DNA of 64,000 nucleotides, taken from contig JACKDL010000007.1 in the NCBI GenBank assembly GCA_020633555.1, forward strand, positions 93,821-157,820, written 5' to 3'. This DNA comes from Myxococcales bacterium. Lineage in GTDB: Bacteria; Myxococcota_A; Bradymonadia; UBA7976; UBA1532. Positions 1 through 10,240 of the stretch are shown piece by piece. The position numbers were made by a program, and so were the translations under genes. Under the pieces are notes generated by a model. That model had not been told where the DNA came from. It ran no database searches and saw only the letters and a list, made by a program, of their open reading frames with translations. The stretch's first letter is position 1. Each line of letters begins with the position of its first letter.

Positions 1-789
1 ACCGTCCCCCAGTGGGCCTGTCCACCGTCCACGCACAGCGTCTCGCCGGTGATGTAGCGCCCGGGCGGCCCCGCCAGGTAGGCCACCGCCCAGGCCACGT
101 CCTCCATGGTCCCCAACCGCTTCAGCGGGATGTGCTTGGGGACCTCGGTCTCGATCTGAGCCCGCACCGCCTCGGGGTATGTCTCCAGCCCGCTCGAGCG
201 GATCACACCGGGGGCCACGGCGTTCACCAGGATGCCGTGGCGGGCCCACTCCAGCGCCAGGCTCTTGGTCAGGTTCACCACGCCGGCGCGCGCGGCGCCC
301 GTGTGGGCCATGCCCGGGAAGCCGCGCCACATGTTGGCCACGATGTTGATGATCCGCCCCGGCCGCTTGCTGGCCTGCATGCGCTTCGCCACCGCCTGGC
401 TCATGAACCAGGTGCCGTTGAGGTTGGTGTCGATGACCGCGCGCCAGCCCTTGGGCCGGATGTGCAGGGCGGGCGAGGGGAACTGCCCGCCGGCGTTGTT
501 CACCAGCACGTCCACGGGCCCCAACGCGGCCTCCACCTCGGCGGTCCAGGCGTCGCAGGCCTCGGGGTCGCGGATGTCCAGGGGCGCAGCGAAGACCGTC
601 GCGCCGCCCGCGCGCAGATCGGCCGCGGCCCCCTCCAGCCGCTCCGCCTTGCGGGCGCCGATGGCCACCCGGGCCCCCAGCGCGGCGCACTCCTCGGCGA
701 TGGCCAGGCCAATGCCGCTGCCGCCGCCGGTCACCACCACCACCTGATCCGCGAGCAGGTCGCTGCGGAAGACCTCACTGGCGCGCATG
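1..789 (-). CDS. short-chain dehydrogenase/reductase (SDR) family oxidoreductase; C-terminus runs off the window start
   Basis: Reverse-strand translation from ATG at 789-787 gives MRASEVFRSDLLADQVVVVTGGGSGIGLAIA... (Rossmann TGxxxGIG), then NNAG and a YxxxK-type region. No stop before position 1, which is why it is absent from the ORF track. Confidence 0.8.
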
Positions 790-952
790 GCCCCTCCCCA
801 TCCCAAGGATGGCGCGCATCGAACCATGGGGCCCGCGGCCCGGACAACTGCACCCCGGACAACGGCGCCCGCACCGCGGCGCCGCGGGCACCCACGGCTG
901 GCACCGTGGGCGTCCCCCGTGCCACCATCCCGCCCCGGCTGGAGGAGGTGGC

Positions 953-1513
953 ATGAGCGCGCGGGTGTGGTGGGTGCCCATCCTGGTCTTGGCGGCGGTG
1001 GCCACCTTCGTGGTGCTGCGCCCGCCCCCGGGGCCGGCCCCAACGCCTGCGCGGCTGGGCCCCGACGCCGCCGTGCCCAGCGCGCCCCCCAGCGCCGTGA
1101 CCTCGGCGGATCCCCGCGCCGTACGCCGGGCCATCGCCGTGCAGGCCCCCGACGAACGGGCCGGCCAGGCGCCGGCGGTCCGGCGCCGCGCCCGCATGGC
1201 CCCCGAGGACGTGCATCACGCGGCCACCGGGGTCTCGCCGCTGGTGTACCAGTGCTACCAGGCGCGCGTGGCGGCCGGGGCGCGGCCCGCCGGCCAGCTC
1301 AAGCTCGCCTTCACCCTGGTCAAGCGTGGGGGGTACGGTGAGCCCACCGCCCTGAGCGTCCAAGAGGAAGCCGTGGGCGATCCTGCGCTGGTGGAATGCA
1401 TCCGGGGAGGCCGCGTCGAGGCGTTCCCGGTCATGGGCGACGACGCGGAGATCGATCTGAGCATCCCGTTCACCCTGCCGCCGCCCGAGGAAGTCGAAGG
1501 GAGCGCGCCATGA
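953..1513 (+). CDS. secreted/membrane protein with AgmX/PglI-like C-terminal domain
   Basis: GGAGGAGG RBS 4 nt upstream of ATG 953. N-terminal hydrophobic segment VWWVPILVLAAVATFVV. C-terminal VYQCYQ...LKLAFTLVKRGG...VECIRGG...FP resembles the myxobacterial AgmX/PglI C-terminal (TonB-C-like) domain. The stop overlaps the next start (ATGA). Confidence 0.55.
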   Translation: MSARVWWVPILVLAAVATFVVLRPPPGPAPTPARLGPDAAVPSAPPSAVTSADPRAVRRAIAVQAPDERAGQAPAVRRRARMAPEDVHHAATGVSPLVYQCYQARVAAGARPAGQLKLAFTLVKRGGYGEPTALSVQEEAVGDPALVECIRGGRVEAFPVMGDDAEIDLSIPFTLPPPEEVEGSAP

Positions 1514-2562
1514 GCCGCCACGTGCTGGTGGGCCTCGCCCACGCCGCCCTGCTGTTGGGGCTGTCGCTGCCCGGCCTGGCCGATGGCCCGGCCTGGCAAT
1601 ACAAGGTGGTCGATCAGGTGAAGCCGGGTCAGCCGGCGAAGCTGATCCTGGGCTCGGCCAACGGCGCCCACGGCGTCGAGCTGAGCCTGGTGAGCGACGC
1701 GGGTGCCAAGAAGGTTTTCAAGATCAAGCATTTGAAGGCGGGTCAGCAGAAGACGCTGAGCTGGAAGGTGCCCGTGGGGGTCTCCCACTGGACGGGCACG
1801 CTCACCGGCAGCGCCGAGGGCGAGACCACCTCGGGCCAGGTGGAGTTCAAGGTGGTGGCCGCGCGCCCCCTGGACGTGAAGATCAGCAAGAGCGAGGTGG
1901 ATCTGGGCGCCGGCCGCATCGTGGTGCACCCGAGCAACCCGCTGGCCAAGGCCGAGCTGAAGCTCTTCGGCGGTGAGGGTGAGCTGTTCGACGGCGAGGC
2001 GGCCATCGAGGCGGAGAGCCCGACCAAGGCCATCCTCACCTTCGACCCGCCCGACGAGACCATCAAGCGCGTCGAGCTGAAGCTGCATGATCCCTACGGC
2101 TACTGGGCCGCCCTGCGGGTGGTGGCCTGGTACGCCGAGATCGATCACGAGGACGTGGAGTTCGAGACGGCGCAGGCCACCGTGCGGCCCAGCGAAGCGC
2201 CCAAGATCGACAAGGCCATCGTGGCCCTGCACCAGGAGGTGGCCCGCTTCCGGCGCGAGCTGGGCGACGCCTCGGCCGGGGTCGAGGTGCGCGTCTACGT
2301 GGGCGGCTACACCGACACCGTGGGCAGCAGCGCCGACAACCGGGCGCTGTCCACCGAGCGGGCCCAGGCCATCGCGCGCTACTTCCAGGCCCACGGGGTC
2401 AAGGTGCCCATCTACTATCGGGGCTTCGGCGAGGACGCCCCCGCCGTGGCCACCGACGACAATGTGGACGAGGCGCGCAACCGCCGGGCGGTGTACGTGC
2501 TCGCCAACGTGCCGCCGCGGGGCCCGGCGTTCCCGCGGGCGGCCTGGAAGCGCCTGCAGTGA
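1510..2562 (+). CDS. OmpA-family protein (signal peptide, C-terminal OmpA-like peptidoglycan-binding domain)
   Basis: Signal peptide MSRHVLVGLAHAALLLGLSLPGLA. C-terminal GGYTDTVGSSADNRALSTERAQAIARYF...ARNRRAVYVL matches the OmpA_C consensus (TD..GS...N..LS..RA..V...L...G...NRRV). Confidence 0.8.
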   Translation: MSRHVLVGLAHAALLLGLSLPGLADGPAWQYKVVDQVKPGQPAKLILGSANGAHGVELSLVSDAGAKKVFKIKHLKAGQQKTLSWKVPVGVSHWTGTLTGSAEGETTSGQVEFKVVAARPLDVKISKSEVDLGAGRIVVHPSNPLAKAELKLFGGEGELFDGEAAIEAESPTKAILTFDPPDETIKRVELKLHDPYGYWAALRVVAWYAEIDHEDVEFETAQATVRPSEAPKIDKAIVALHQEVARFRRELGDASAGVEVRVYVGGYTDTVGSSADNRALSTERAQAIARYFQAHGVKVPIYYRGFGEDAPAVATDDNVDEARNRRAVYVLANVPPRGPAFPRAAWKRLQ

Positions 2563-2603
2563 TCCTGCGGTTGTCCAAGAACAGCGATCCGAGAGGAGGC
2601 GAC

Positions 2604-3482
2604 ATGCGCCGCATCATGTGGGGCCTGCTGGGGCTGGCCCTGGTGGGGCTGCCGGCGGGCTCGGCCCTGGCCGAGAAGAACCCGGCCGAGAAGAACCCGG
2701 CCGAGAAGACCCCGGCCGAGAAGAAGCTCGACGCGGCCGATCCGCAGGCCACGAAGGCGATCATGCGCCTGATCAAGCGGGCCGAGCGGGCGGGCTACGA
2801 GCGCCACGACAAGAAGCGCTACTTCGAGGCCTTCACCGCCGACGCGGTGTGGGTCCGGGGCCGTCGGCCGGTGGCCGGCGAGTACGACCTGACCTGGAGC
2901 CGCCCCGAGTTCGAGCGCTACCGCGGCCTGCAGTGGGACGTGCCCCCCAGCGGACGCGACCGCATGTTCTTCCACGACGAGGAGGTGCAGGTCGAAGGCG
3001 ACAAGGCCCAGGTGGAGGTCGAGGTGCGGCGCAGCTTCTTCGGCGGCGACGGTGTCGAGGGCGTGCGCTATGAGCTGGTGAAGGACCGCAAGGGCTGGCG
3101 CATCGCCCACCGGCGGGAGTGGCCCAAGACCGAGGTCCTGGGGGTCGAGTCCTTCCGCTACGACGACGAGGGCTGGTTGGCGCTGGACGAGGAGCTGGCG
3201 GTCAAGGAGGGCGAGAGGGCCATTACCGGGCTGGCCCGGACGGTGGCGCTCGTGCGGGCCCTGCGCCACCAGGAGGCCTATGAGCTGGCGAAGGCCCTGG
3301 CCGCGACCCGGAAGTCTGACGGCACGCTCGACCTGCAGGCGGTGGTGGCCCACGCGGCGCTGGCCGTCGAGGTGAAGCAGATCGACGAGGCCATCGAGGT
3401 GATCAAGGCCGCGCGGAAGGAAGATCCCTCGGTGGAGGCGCCCATGAAGCTGCGCCACCTGATCCCGAGGACGCTGAAGTAG
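2604..3482 (+). CDS. secreted hypothetical protein with N-terminal EKNPA/EKTPA pentapeptide repeats
   Basis: GAGGAGG RBS 4 nt upstream of the ATG. Signal peptide MRRIMWGLLGLALVGLPAGSALA is followed by AEKNPAEKNPAEKTPAEKK. The remainder is a balanced, soluble-looking sequence (possible NTF2/SnoaL-like fold). Confidence 0.6.
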   Translation: MRRIMWGLLGLALVGLPAGSALAEKNPAEKNPAEKTPAEKKLDAADPQATKAIMRLIKRAERAGYERHDKKRYFEAFTADAVWVRGRRPVAGEYDLTWSRPEFERYRGLQWDVPPSGRDRMFFHDEEVQVEGDKAQVEVEVRRSFFGGDGVEGVRYELVKDRKGWRIAHRREWPKTEVLGVESFRYDDEGWLALDEELAVKEGERAITGLARTVALVRALRHQEAYELAKALAATRKSDGTLDLQAVVAHAALAVEVKQIDEAIEVIKAARKEDPSVEAPMKLRHLIPRTLK

Positions 3483-3496
3483 GCTGAGGCAGCGGG

Positions 3497-3528
3497 CCCG
3501 GGCGCACCCCGTCGGGGCGCGCCCGGTT
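3497..3528. terminator. perfect inverted repeat CCGGGCGC-N12-GCGCCCGG between convergent genes (bidirectional terminator candidate)
   Basis: Seen directly at 3497-3528, in the 53-bp gap between the + gene ending at 3482 and sdhB ending at 3536. Confidence 0.45.
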
Positions 3529-3535
3529 GAGGTCG

Positions 3536-4296
3536 TCAGGTGGTCTGCGAGACCACCACCGCCTTCAGGTAGTCGCGGTTCAGGCGGGCGATGTAGTCCA
3601 CCGAGATGCCCTTCGGGCACGCCGCCTCGCACTCCCCGTGGTTGGTGCAGCCGCCGAAGCCCGCGGTCTCCATGGTCTCGACCATGGCCCGGGCCCGCGA
3701 CAGGCGCTCGGCCTGCCCCTGGGGCAACACCCCCAGGTGGGTCGCCTTGGCCGACGTGAAGAGCATGGCCGAGGCGTTCGGGCAGGCGGCCACACAGGCG
3801 CCGCAGCCGATGCAGGTGGCGGCGTCCATGGACAGATCGGCCACGGCCTTCGGGATGGGGATCTCGTTGGCGTCGCCCGGGCTGCCGGTGTTGATCGAGA
3901 TGTAGCCGCCGGCCTGGATGATCTGATCGAAGGCCGAGCGATCCACCGCCAGATCCTTGATCACCGGGAAGGCCGTGGCCCGCCAGGGCTCCACCCACAC
4001 CTCGGCCCCGTCCTTGAACTCCCGCATGTGGAGCTGGCAGGTGGTGGTGAGGGTGCGCGGCCCGTGCGGCATGCCGTTGATGACCATGCCACACATGCCG
4101 CAGATGCCCTCGCGGCAGTCGTGGTCGAAGGCGATGGGCTCCTCGCCCTTCTGGATGAGCTCCTCGTTGATCTCGTCGAGGGCTTCGAGGAACGAGGCGT
4201 CCTTGCTGACGGCGTCGCGGTGGAACTTCTGAAACTGGCCCGAGGCGTTCGGGCCGGCCTGCCGCCAGATGTTCAGGGTCAGCTTGATGGTCTGGC

Positions 4297-4300
<4 letters not shown>
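3536..4300 (-). CDS. sdhB: succinate dehydrogenase/fumarate reductase iron-sulfur subunit
   Basis: Three Fe-S cysteine clusters: [11 protein letters not shown] (2Fe-2S), [12 protein letters not shown] (4Fe-4S) and [13 protein letters not shown] (3Fe-4S). GTG start at 4300 overlaps the sdhA stop (GTGA). Confidence 0.93.
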
Positions 4301-6231
<1,931 letters not shown>

Positions 6232-6248
6232 GGTTCCGGCTCCTGTTC

Positions 6249-6923
6249 TCAGCCCACGATCCCGGCCATGAAGGCCACCGGGATCGAGATGTTGCCCACA
6301 CCGACCACCAGCGCGACGGCGACGGCGGCCTGCTTGCGCAAGGCGTTGTACTTGCGGTGGTTGAGGCCCACCGACTGCAGCATGCTCCACACCCCGTGGT
6401 AGAGGTGCATGGCCAGGGCGATGTTGCCCAGGATGTACAGGGCCGAGATCCAGGGGACCTCGAAGCCGGCCTTCATCCGCTCGAACACCGCGAACTCGTC
6501 GGCCACCGCGGGCGCGCCCACGGGGATGTGCAGGGTCAGGTGGGCCAGGTGGTAGAGGATGAAGAACAGCAGCACGAAGCCGCCGTACTTCATGGTCTTG
6601 GCCGCGTAGCTGGTCACCGCGTCGTGCTTGACGTGGTAGCGCGAGGCGCGGGCCGCCGCGTTCTGCTTGACCAGCGAGATGGCCGCCCAGGCATGCAGCA
6701 CCACCGCGCCCAGCAGCACCAGGCGGGCCACCCACAGGCCGCCGCCGAAGCTGCGCAGGAGCAGGGCGTAGGCCTTGAGGGCCGCCGCCGGGTTGGCGGA
6801 GTACACCTGCATGTTCCCGAGCATGTGGGCGATGACGAAGCCCACCATGATGAAGCCGGTGACGGCCATGATGGCCTTCTTGCCGACCGTGGTCTGATGA
6901 AGCGCGAGCGCCTTGGTGGCCAT
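6249..6923 (-). CDS. sdhC: succinate dehydrogenase cytochrome b558 membrane subunit (Bacillus/delta-proteobacterial type)
   Basis: 224 aa from [16 protein letters not shown]. Five predicted TM helices with conserved His ([28 protein letters not shown]). Gene order C-A-B. Confidence 0.85.
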   Translation of the reverse strand: MATKALALHQTTVGKKAIMAVTGFIMVGFVIAHMLGNMQVYSANPAAALKAYALLLRSFGGGLWVARLVLLGAVVLHAWAAISLVKQNAAARASRYHVKHDAVTSYAAKTMKYGGFVLLFFILYHLAHLTLHIPVGAPAVADEFAVFERMKAGFEVPWISALYILGNIALAMHLYHGVWSMLQSVGLNHRKYNALRKQAAVAVALVVGVGNISIPVAFMAGIVG

Positions 6924-7129
6924 CGTTCCTCCTACCCGGCTGGGGGCGACCTCAAAAGAAGAACGCTCCTTAGCAGCCTGGGCGGTCGAAGTAAATCCGA
7001 TGCAGATACAAGGGCCGGGGCCCCGGTCGCGGACCTTGCGGACGGCGGGCGATGGTGGCCTCATGGGCGGGCCGCGCCGGCCAGGGGGGTCGGGGCGCGC
7101 CGCAACGGTCCCAAACGAGGAGACGGAAG

Positions 7130-7417
7130 ATGGCCGACGTCCGGGTCACCGAGCCGCACAGCTTCAGCGCCGCCGAGGCCAAGGCCAAGATCGGCGCCTT
7201 CGAGGAGATGCTCGCCAAGTACCGCGTGAAGGTGGACTGGGCCGGCAACAGCGCCAAGCTCAAGGGCATCGGCGTGTCGGGCGACATCAACGTCACCGAT
7301 CGCGACTGCACCGTGCTGGTGAGCCTGGGCCGCATGGCGAAGATGGCCGGCATCGATCCGGTGAAGCTCGAGGGCTCCATCCGCAAGCGGCTCAAGGCCG
7401 CCTTCAGCCCCGAGTAA
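7130..7417 (+). CDS. polyhydroxyalkanoic-acid-system family small protein (PHA_gran_rgn-like)
   Basis: 95 aa: MADVRVTEPHSFSAAEAKAKIGAFEEMLAKYRVKVDWAGNSAKLKGIGVSGDINVTDRDCTVLV... resembles TIGR02610-type PHA granule proteins. GGAGACGGAAG RBS. Confidence 0.6.
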   Translation: MADVRVTEPHSFSAAEAKAKIGAFEEMLAKYRVKVDWAGNSAKLKGIGVSGDINVTDRDCTVLVSLGRMAKMAGIDPVKLEGSIRKRLKAAFSPE

Positions 7418-7427
7418 GCCGCCCCCC

Positions 7428-8729
7428 ATGCGCCAGCTCGGCCGCGACTTCTTCGCCCTGCTCGGGGCGCAGTTCCTGGGCGCCTTCAACGACAACCTGT
7501 TCAAGCAGATCGTGTTGTTGCTGGCGGTGGACACCCTGTTCCCCGGCAAGGACATGCAGGGCTTCGCGTTCGCCGTGTTCGCGCTGCCCTTCGTGCTCTT
7601 CTCGGGCGCGGCCGGCGACCTGAGCGAGAAGTACAGCAAGCGCTCGATCATCGTGCGCATGAAGATCCTCGAGATCGTCATCATGCTGTTCGGCATCGGC
7701 GCGCTGCTGCTGGTGCCCCGCCAGGGCACGGCGGCGCCCGGCTACGCCTGGCCGGTGCTGCTCGTGGTGCTGGGGGTCATGGGCACCCAGTCGGCCTTCT
7801 TCGGGCCCGCCAAGTACGGCGCCATCCCCGAGATCGTCGGCGGCGACCGCCTGGTGCGCGCCAACGGCGGCATCGCGATGACCACCTTCCTGGCGGCGCT
7901 GTTCGGCATCGGGTTGGGCGGCCCGTTGTTGGATCACTTCGGGCCCGGGGTGGCCCCGCCCGCCGAGCCCAAGCTCTGGATGCCCGGGGTGGTGTGCGTG
8001 GGGTTGGCGGTGGCCGGTACGCTCATCGCGCGGCGCATGGGACCGCTGAAGGCGCTGCGGCCCGAGCTGACGATCAGCCTGAACCCCTTCGGCCGCCTGT
8101 GGAGCACCAGCAAGAAGCTGCGCGGCGAGAAGGGGCTGATGAGCCTGATCCTGTTGAACAGCTTCTTCTGGTTCAACTCGGGCGCCATCAGCCAGGCCAT
8201 GAACGGCATGAGCGTGCCCGAGTACCTGGGCATGCAGCGCAAGAGCGAGGTGACCTGGCTGACCACCACCATCTCGGTGGGGATCATCCTGGGCAGCCTG
8301 CTGGCGCCGTGGTTGGCGAAGCGGCTGCGCCTGTCGTGGCTGGTGATCGGCGGGACCGTCACGATGGTCGCCGCCCAGTCCCTGCTGCTGCTCATCGGGA
8401 CGGTGGTGACCCGCGACGGGTATGCCTTCGAGCTGGCCATGGGCGCGCTGGCGGTGGCCGGGGTGGCGGGGGCGGTGCTGATGGTGCCCATTCAGAGCTA
8501 CCTGCAGGACGCGCCACCGCCGGGCGAGCGGGGCCAGGCCTTCGCGGTCAACAACTTCATGAACTTCCTGTTCATGTTCCTGGCCGGCGTCTTCTACCAG
8601 CTCGTCGTGGCGTCCGTGGGCCCCACCATCGCGCAGGCCTGCGGCGGGGCCGCCCTGCTGCTGTGGATGCTGAAGAGCCTGCCCGCCATCCGGGCGATGC
8701 ACATCGAGGGTCACGCCGAGTGGACCTGA
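7428..8729 (+). CDS. MFS transporter (LplT/lysophospholipid-transporter-like)
   Basis: 433 aa with 12 predicted TM segments. N-terminus LGAQFLGAFNDNLFKQIVLLLAV is typical of the LplT/MFS_1 family. Confidence 0.8.
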   Translation: MRQLGRDFFALLGAQFLGAFNDNLFKQIVLLLAVDTLFPGKDMQGFAFAVFALPFVLFSGAAGDLSEKYSKRSIIVRMKILEIVIMLFGIGALLLVPRQGTAAPGYAWPVLLVVLGVMGTQSAFFGPAKYGAIPEIVGGDRLVRANGGIAMTTFLAALFGIGLGGPLLDHFGPGVAPPAEPKLWMPGVVCVGLAVAGTLIARRMGPLKALRPELTISLNPFGRLWSTSKKLRGEKGLMSLILLNSFFWFNSGAISQAMNGMSVPEYLGMQRKSEVTWLTTTISVGIILGSLLAPWLAKRLRLSWLVIGGTVTMVAAQSLLLLIGTVVTRDGYAFELAMGALAVAGVAGAVLMVPIQSYLQDAPPPGERGQAFAVNNFMNFLFMFLAGVFYQLVVASVGPTIAQACGGAALLLWMLKSLPAIRAMHIEGHAEWT

Positions 8730-8745
8730 GGACGAGGAGTCGACG

Positions 8746-9222
8746 GTGATCGGGGTCATGTTCGTGTGCCTGGGCAACATCTGCCGCTCGCCCATGGCCG
8801 AGGGGGCCTTCCGCAAGCACGTGGAGGCCGCGGGCCTGGGCGCGCACTTCCGCATCCTGTCGTCGGGCACGGCCGGCTACCACGTGGGCGAGGCGCCTGA
8901 TCCGCGGGCCCAGAAGACGGCGCTGGGCCACGGCGTGGACATCTCGATGCTGCGGGGCCGCCAGCTCGTCAAAGAGGACCTGGCCAGCTTCGACTACGTG
9001 GTGGCCATGGATCGCAGCAACTGGACCAACATCCAGAAGCTGTACAAGCGGGGCCACACCGCGAAGACCAGCATGCTGCTCGAGGAGCTGCCCGACGCCG
9101 GCACCACCGAGGTGCCCGATCCCTACTACGGCGGCGACGCGGGCTTCGAGCACGTCTGGTCCCTGGTGGACCGCGCGGGCGCCCGGCTGCTCGCGCGGCT
9201 GCGGCGGGCGCACGGGCTGTAG
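8746..9222 (+). CDS. low-molecular-weight protein-tyrosine phosphatase
   Basis: P-loop VCLGNICRSPMAEG (CX5R) near the N-terminus and a DPYYG motif near the C-terminus. GTG start with GAGGAG RBS 8 nt upstream. Confidence 0.9.
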   Translation: MIGVMFVCLGNICRSPMAEGAFRKHVEAAGLGAHFRILSSGTAGYHVGEAPDPRAQKTALGHGVDISMLRGRQLVKEDLASFDYVVAMDRSNWTNIQKLYKRGHTAKTSMLLEELPDAGTTEVPDPYYGGDAGFEHVWSLVDRAGARLLARLRRAHGL

Positions 9223-9271
9223 CTTCGCTCGGGCTGCGCCCTCGCTAGACCGCTCGGGCTGTGCCCTCGCT

Positions 9272-9297
9272 GGGAGGGGGCCTGCATGCCCCCTCCC
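9272..9297 (+). terminator. GC hairpin GGGAGGGGG-N8-CCCCCTCCC downstream of the phosphatase gene
   Basis: Seen directly; a perfect 9-bp stem with no U-tract. It is preceded by a 21-bp direct repeat (9226-9246 and 9252-9272). Confidence 0.35.
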
Positions 9298-9720
9298 GAC
9301 CGCCGGCGGGCGCCGGCGCCCACCCCCAGGCCGGCCCTCGTCCCATCGCGGCCTTCGGCCGCGTGTGCCTCGGGCGACACCCTCACAGCGTCTTCGGTGC
9401 GTCCTCGCTCGCTGCGCTCGCTGTGGGCGCCCTCATCCTCGTTCGGGGTCGCACGGGCGAGCCCGCGCCTGGCCCTCGGGCCTGCGGCCCGAGAGGGCGG
9501 GACACACAGCCTGAGCGGGGAATGCTTTTGAATTCAGGCTCTTGCGATTTTCTCAGAACAAACTTCGCCGCCGACCGTAAGAGGCGGGCAGTGACCTGAC
9601 ACGGTTGCGGCGTCAGCAACTCCCCCAACCGCTGGCGACGCAGAACACGCAGACCCGACTTCGGAGCGACTCCCCCATCGTCTCCCCCGGTCGATGCGCT
9701 CTTCGGGTCACAGTTCGGGC

Positions 9721-9757
9721 CCCGGCGTTTCCCCCAACGCCGGGGCCTTTTTTTTGC
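9721..9757 (+). terminator. canonical rho-independent terminator (CCCGGCGTT-tccccc-AACGCCGGG followed by GCCTTTTTTTT)
   Basis: Seen directly on the + strand at 9721-9757: a 9-bp perfect stem plus an 8-T run. It is unusual in a ~70% GC genome and would terminate a + strand transcript arising between ~9300 and 9720. Confidence 0.8.
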
Positions 9758-9870
9758 CCTCAGGTCGCCCGACACCCCACAGCCAGGCCGCCCCCGCGAC
9801 GCGCGGAGGCCATTGCGGTGGGGTCATAGACCCGACACCTTGGAGCGACCACCGACACCCCGAGGTCCCC

Positions 9871-10167
9871 ATGCACTTGCGAACCGCTGTCAGCACCGCC
9901 CTGCTCTGCCTGGCCTGCACCCCCACCGGAAGCCCCACGCAGGCCCCCAAGAGCGCCGCCCCCGGCTCCGCGGCCCCGGTCAGCGCTGCGGCGCCCGCCA
10001 GCGCGGCGCCCGCCAGCGCGGCGCCCGCAAGCGCGGCTGCGGAGGAGACCCGACGGGGGGTGAAGCCCCACTACGTGCCCTGCGATCCGGCCCACCCCGA
10101 GCTGCCGTGCACCCCCGAGCCCACTCTGGCCCCGCCGTCGGCGGCCCCGGCGCCCGCCAACGACTGA
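9871..10167 (+). CDS. small lipoprotein with AAPAS tandem repeats
   Basis: MHLRTAVSTALLCLACTP gives a lipobox LLCLAC. The mature part is low-complexity (SAAPGSAAPVSAAAPASAAPASAAPASAAA) followed by a Cys pair. Confidence 0.5.
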   Translation: MHLRTAVSTALLCLACTPTGSPTQAPKSAAPGSAAPVSAAAPASAAPASAAPASAAAEETRRGVKPHYVPCDPAHPELPCTPEPTLAPPSAAPAPAND

Positions 10168-10240
10168 CCTCCCACGCCGGGGCTTGCCCCGGACTCGCCC
10201 CCCGCCGCACCGTACGGCCACACCGACGAGGGGGACCTGA

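Noticed and set aside
12-956. 314-aa + strand ORF at the window start
   Set aside because: Antisense to a clear SDR oxidoreductase (TGGGSGIGLAIA Rossmann motif on the minus strand).
2415-4094. 559-aa minus-strand ORF spanning two real genes
   Set aside because: It overlaps the + strand secreted protein gene and sdhB in wrong frames. There are no motifs and the composition is extremely biased.
9261-9599. 112-aa + ORF inside the 9.2-9.87 kb noncoding island
   Set aside because: It has no RBS, implausible composition, and overlaps the repeat and hairpin elements. The region is better explained as regulatory/sRNA.
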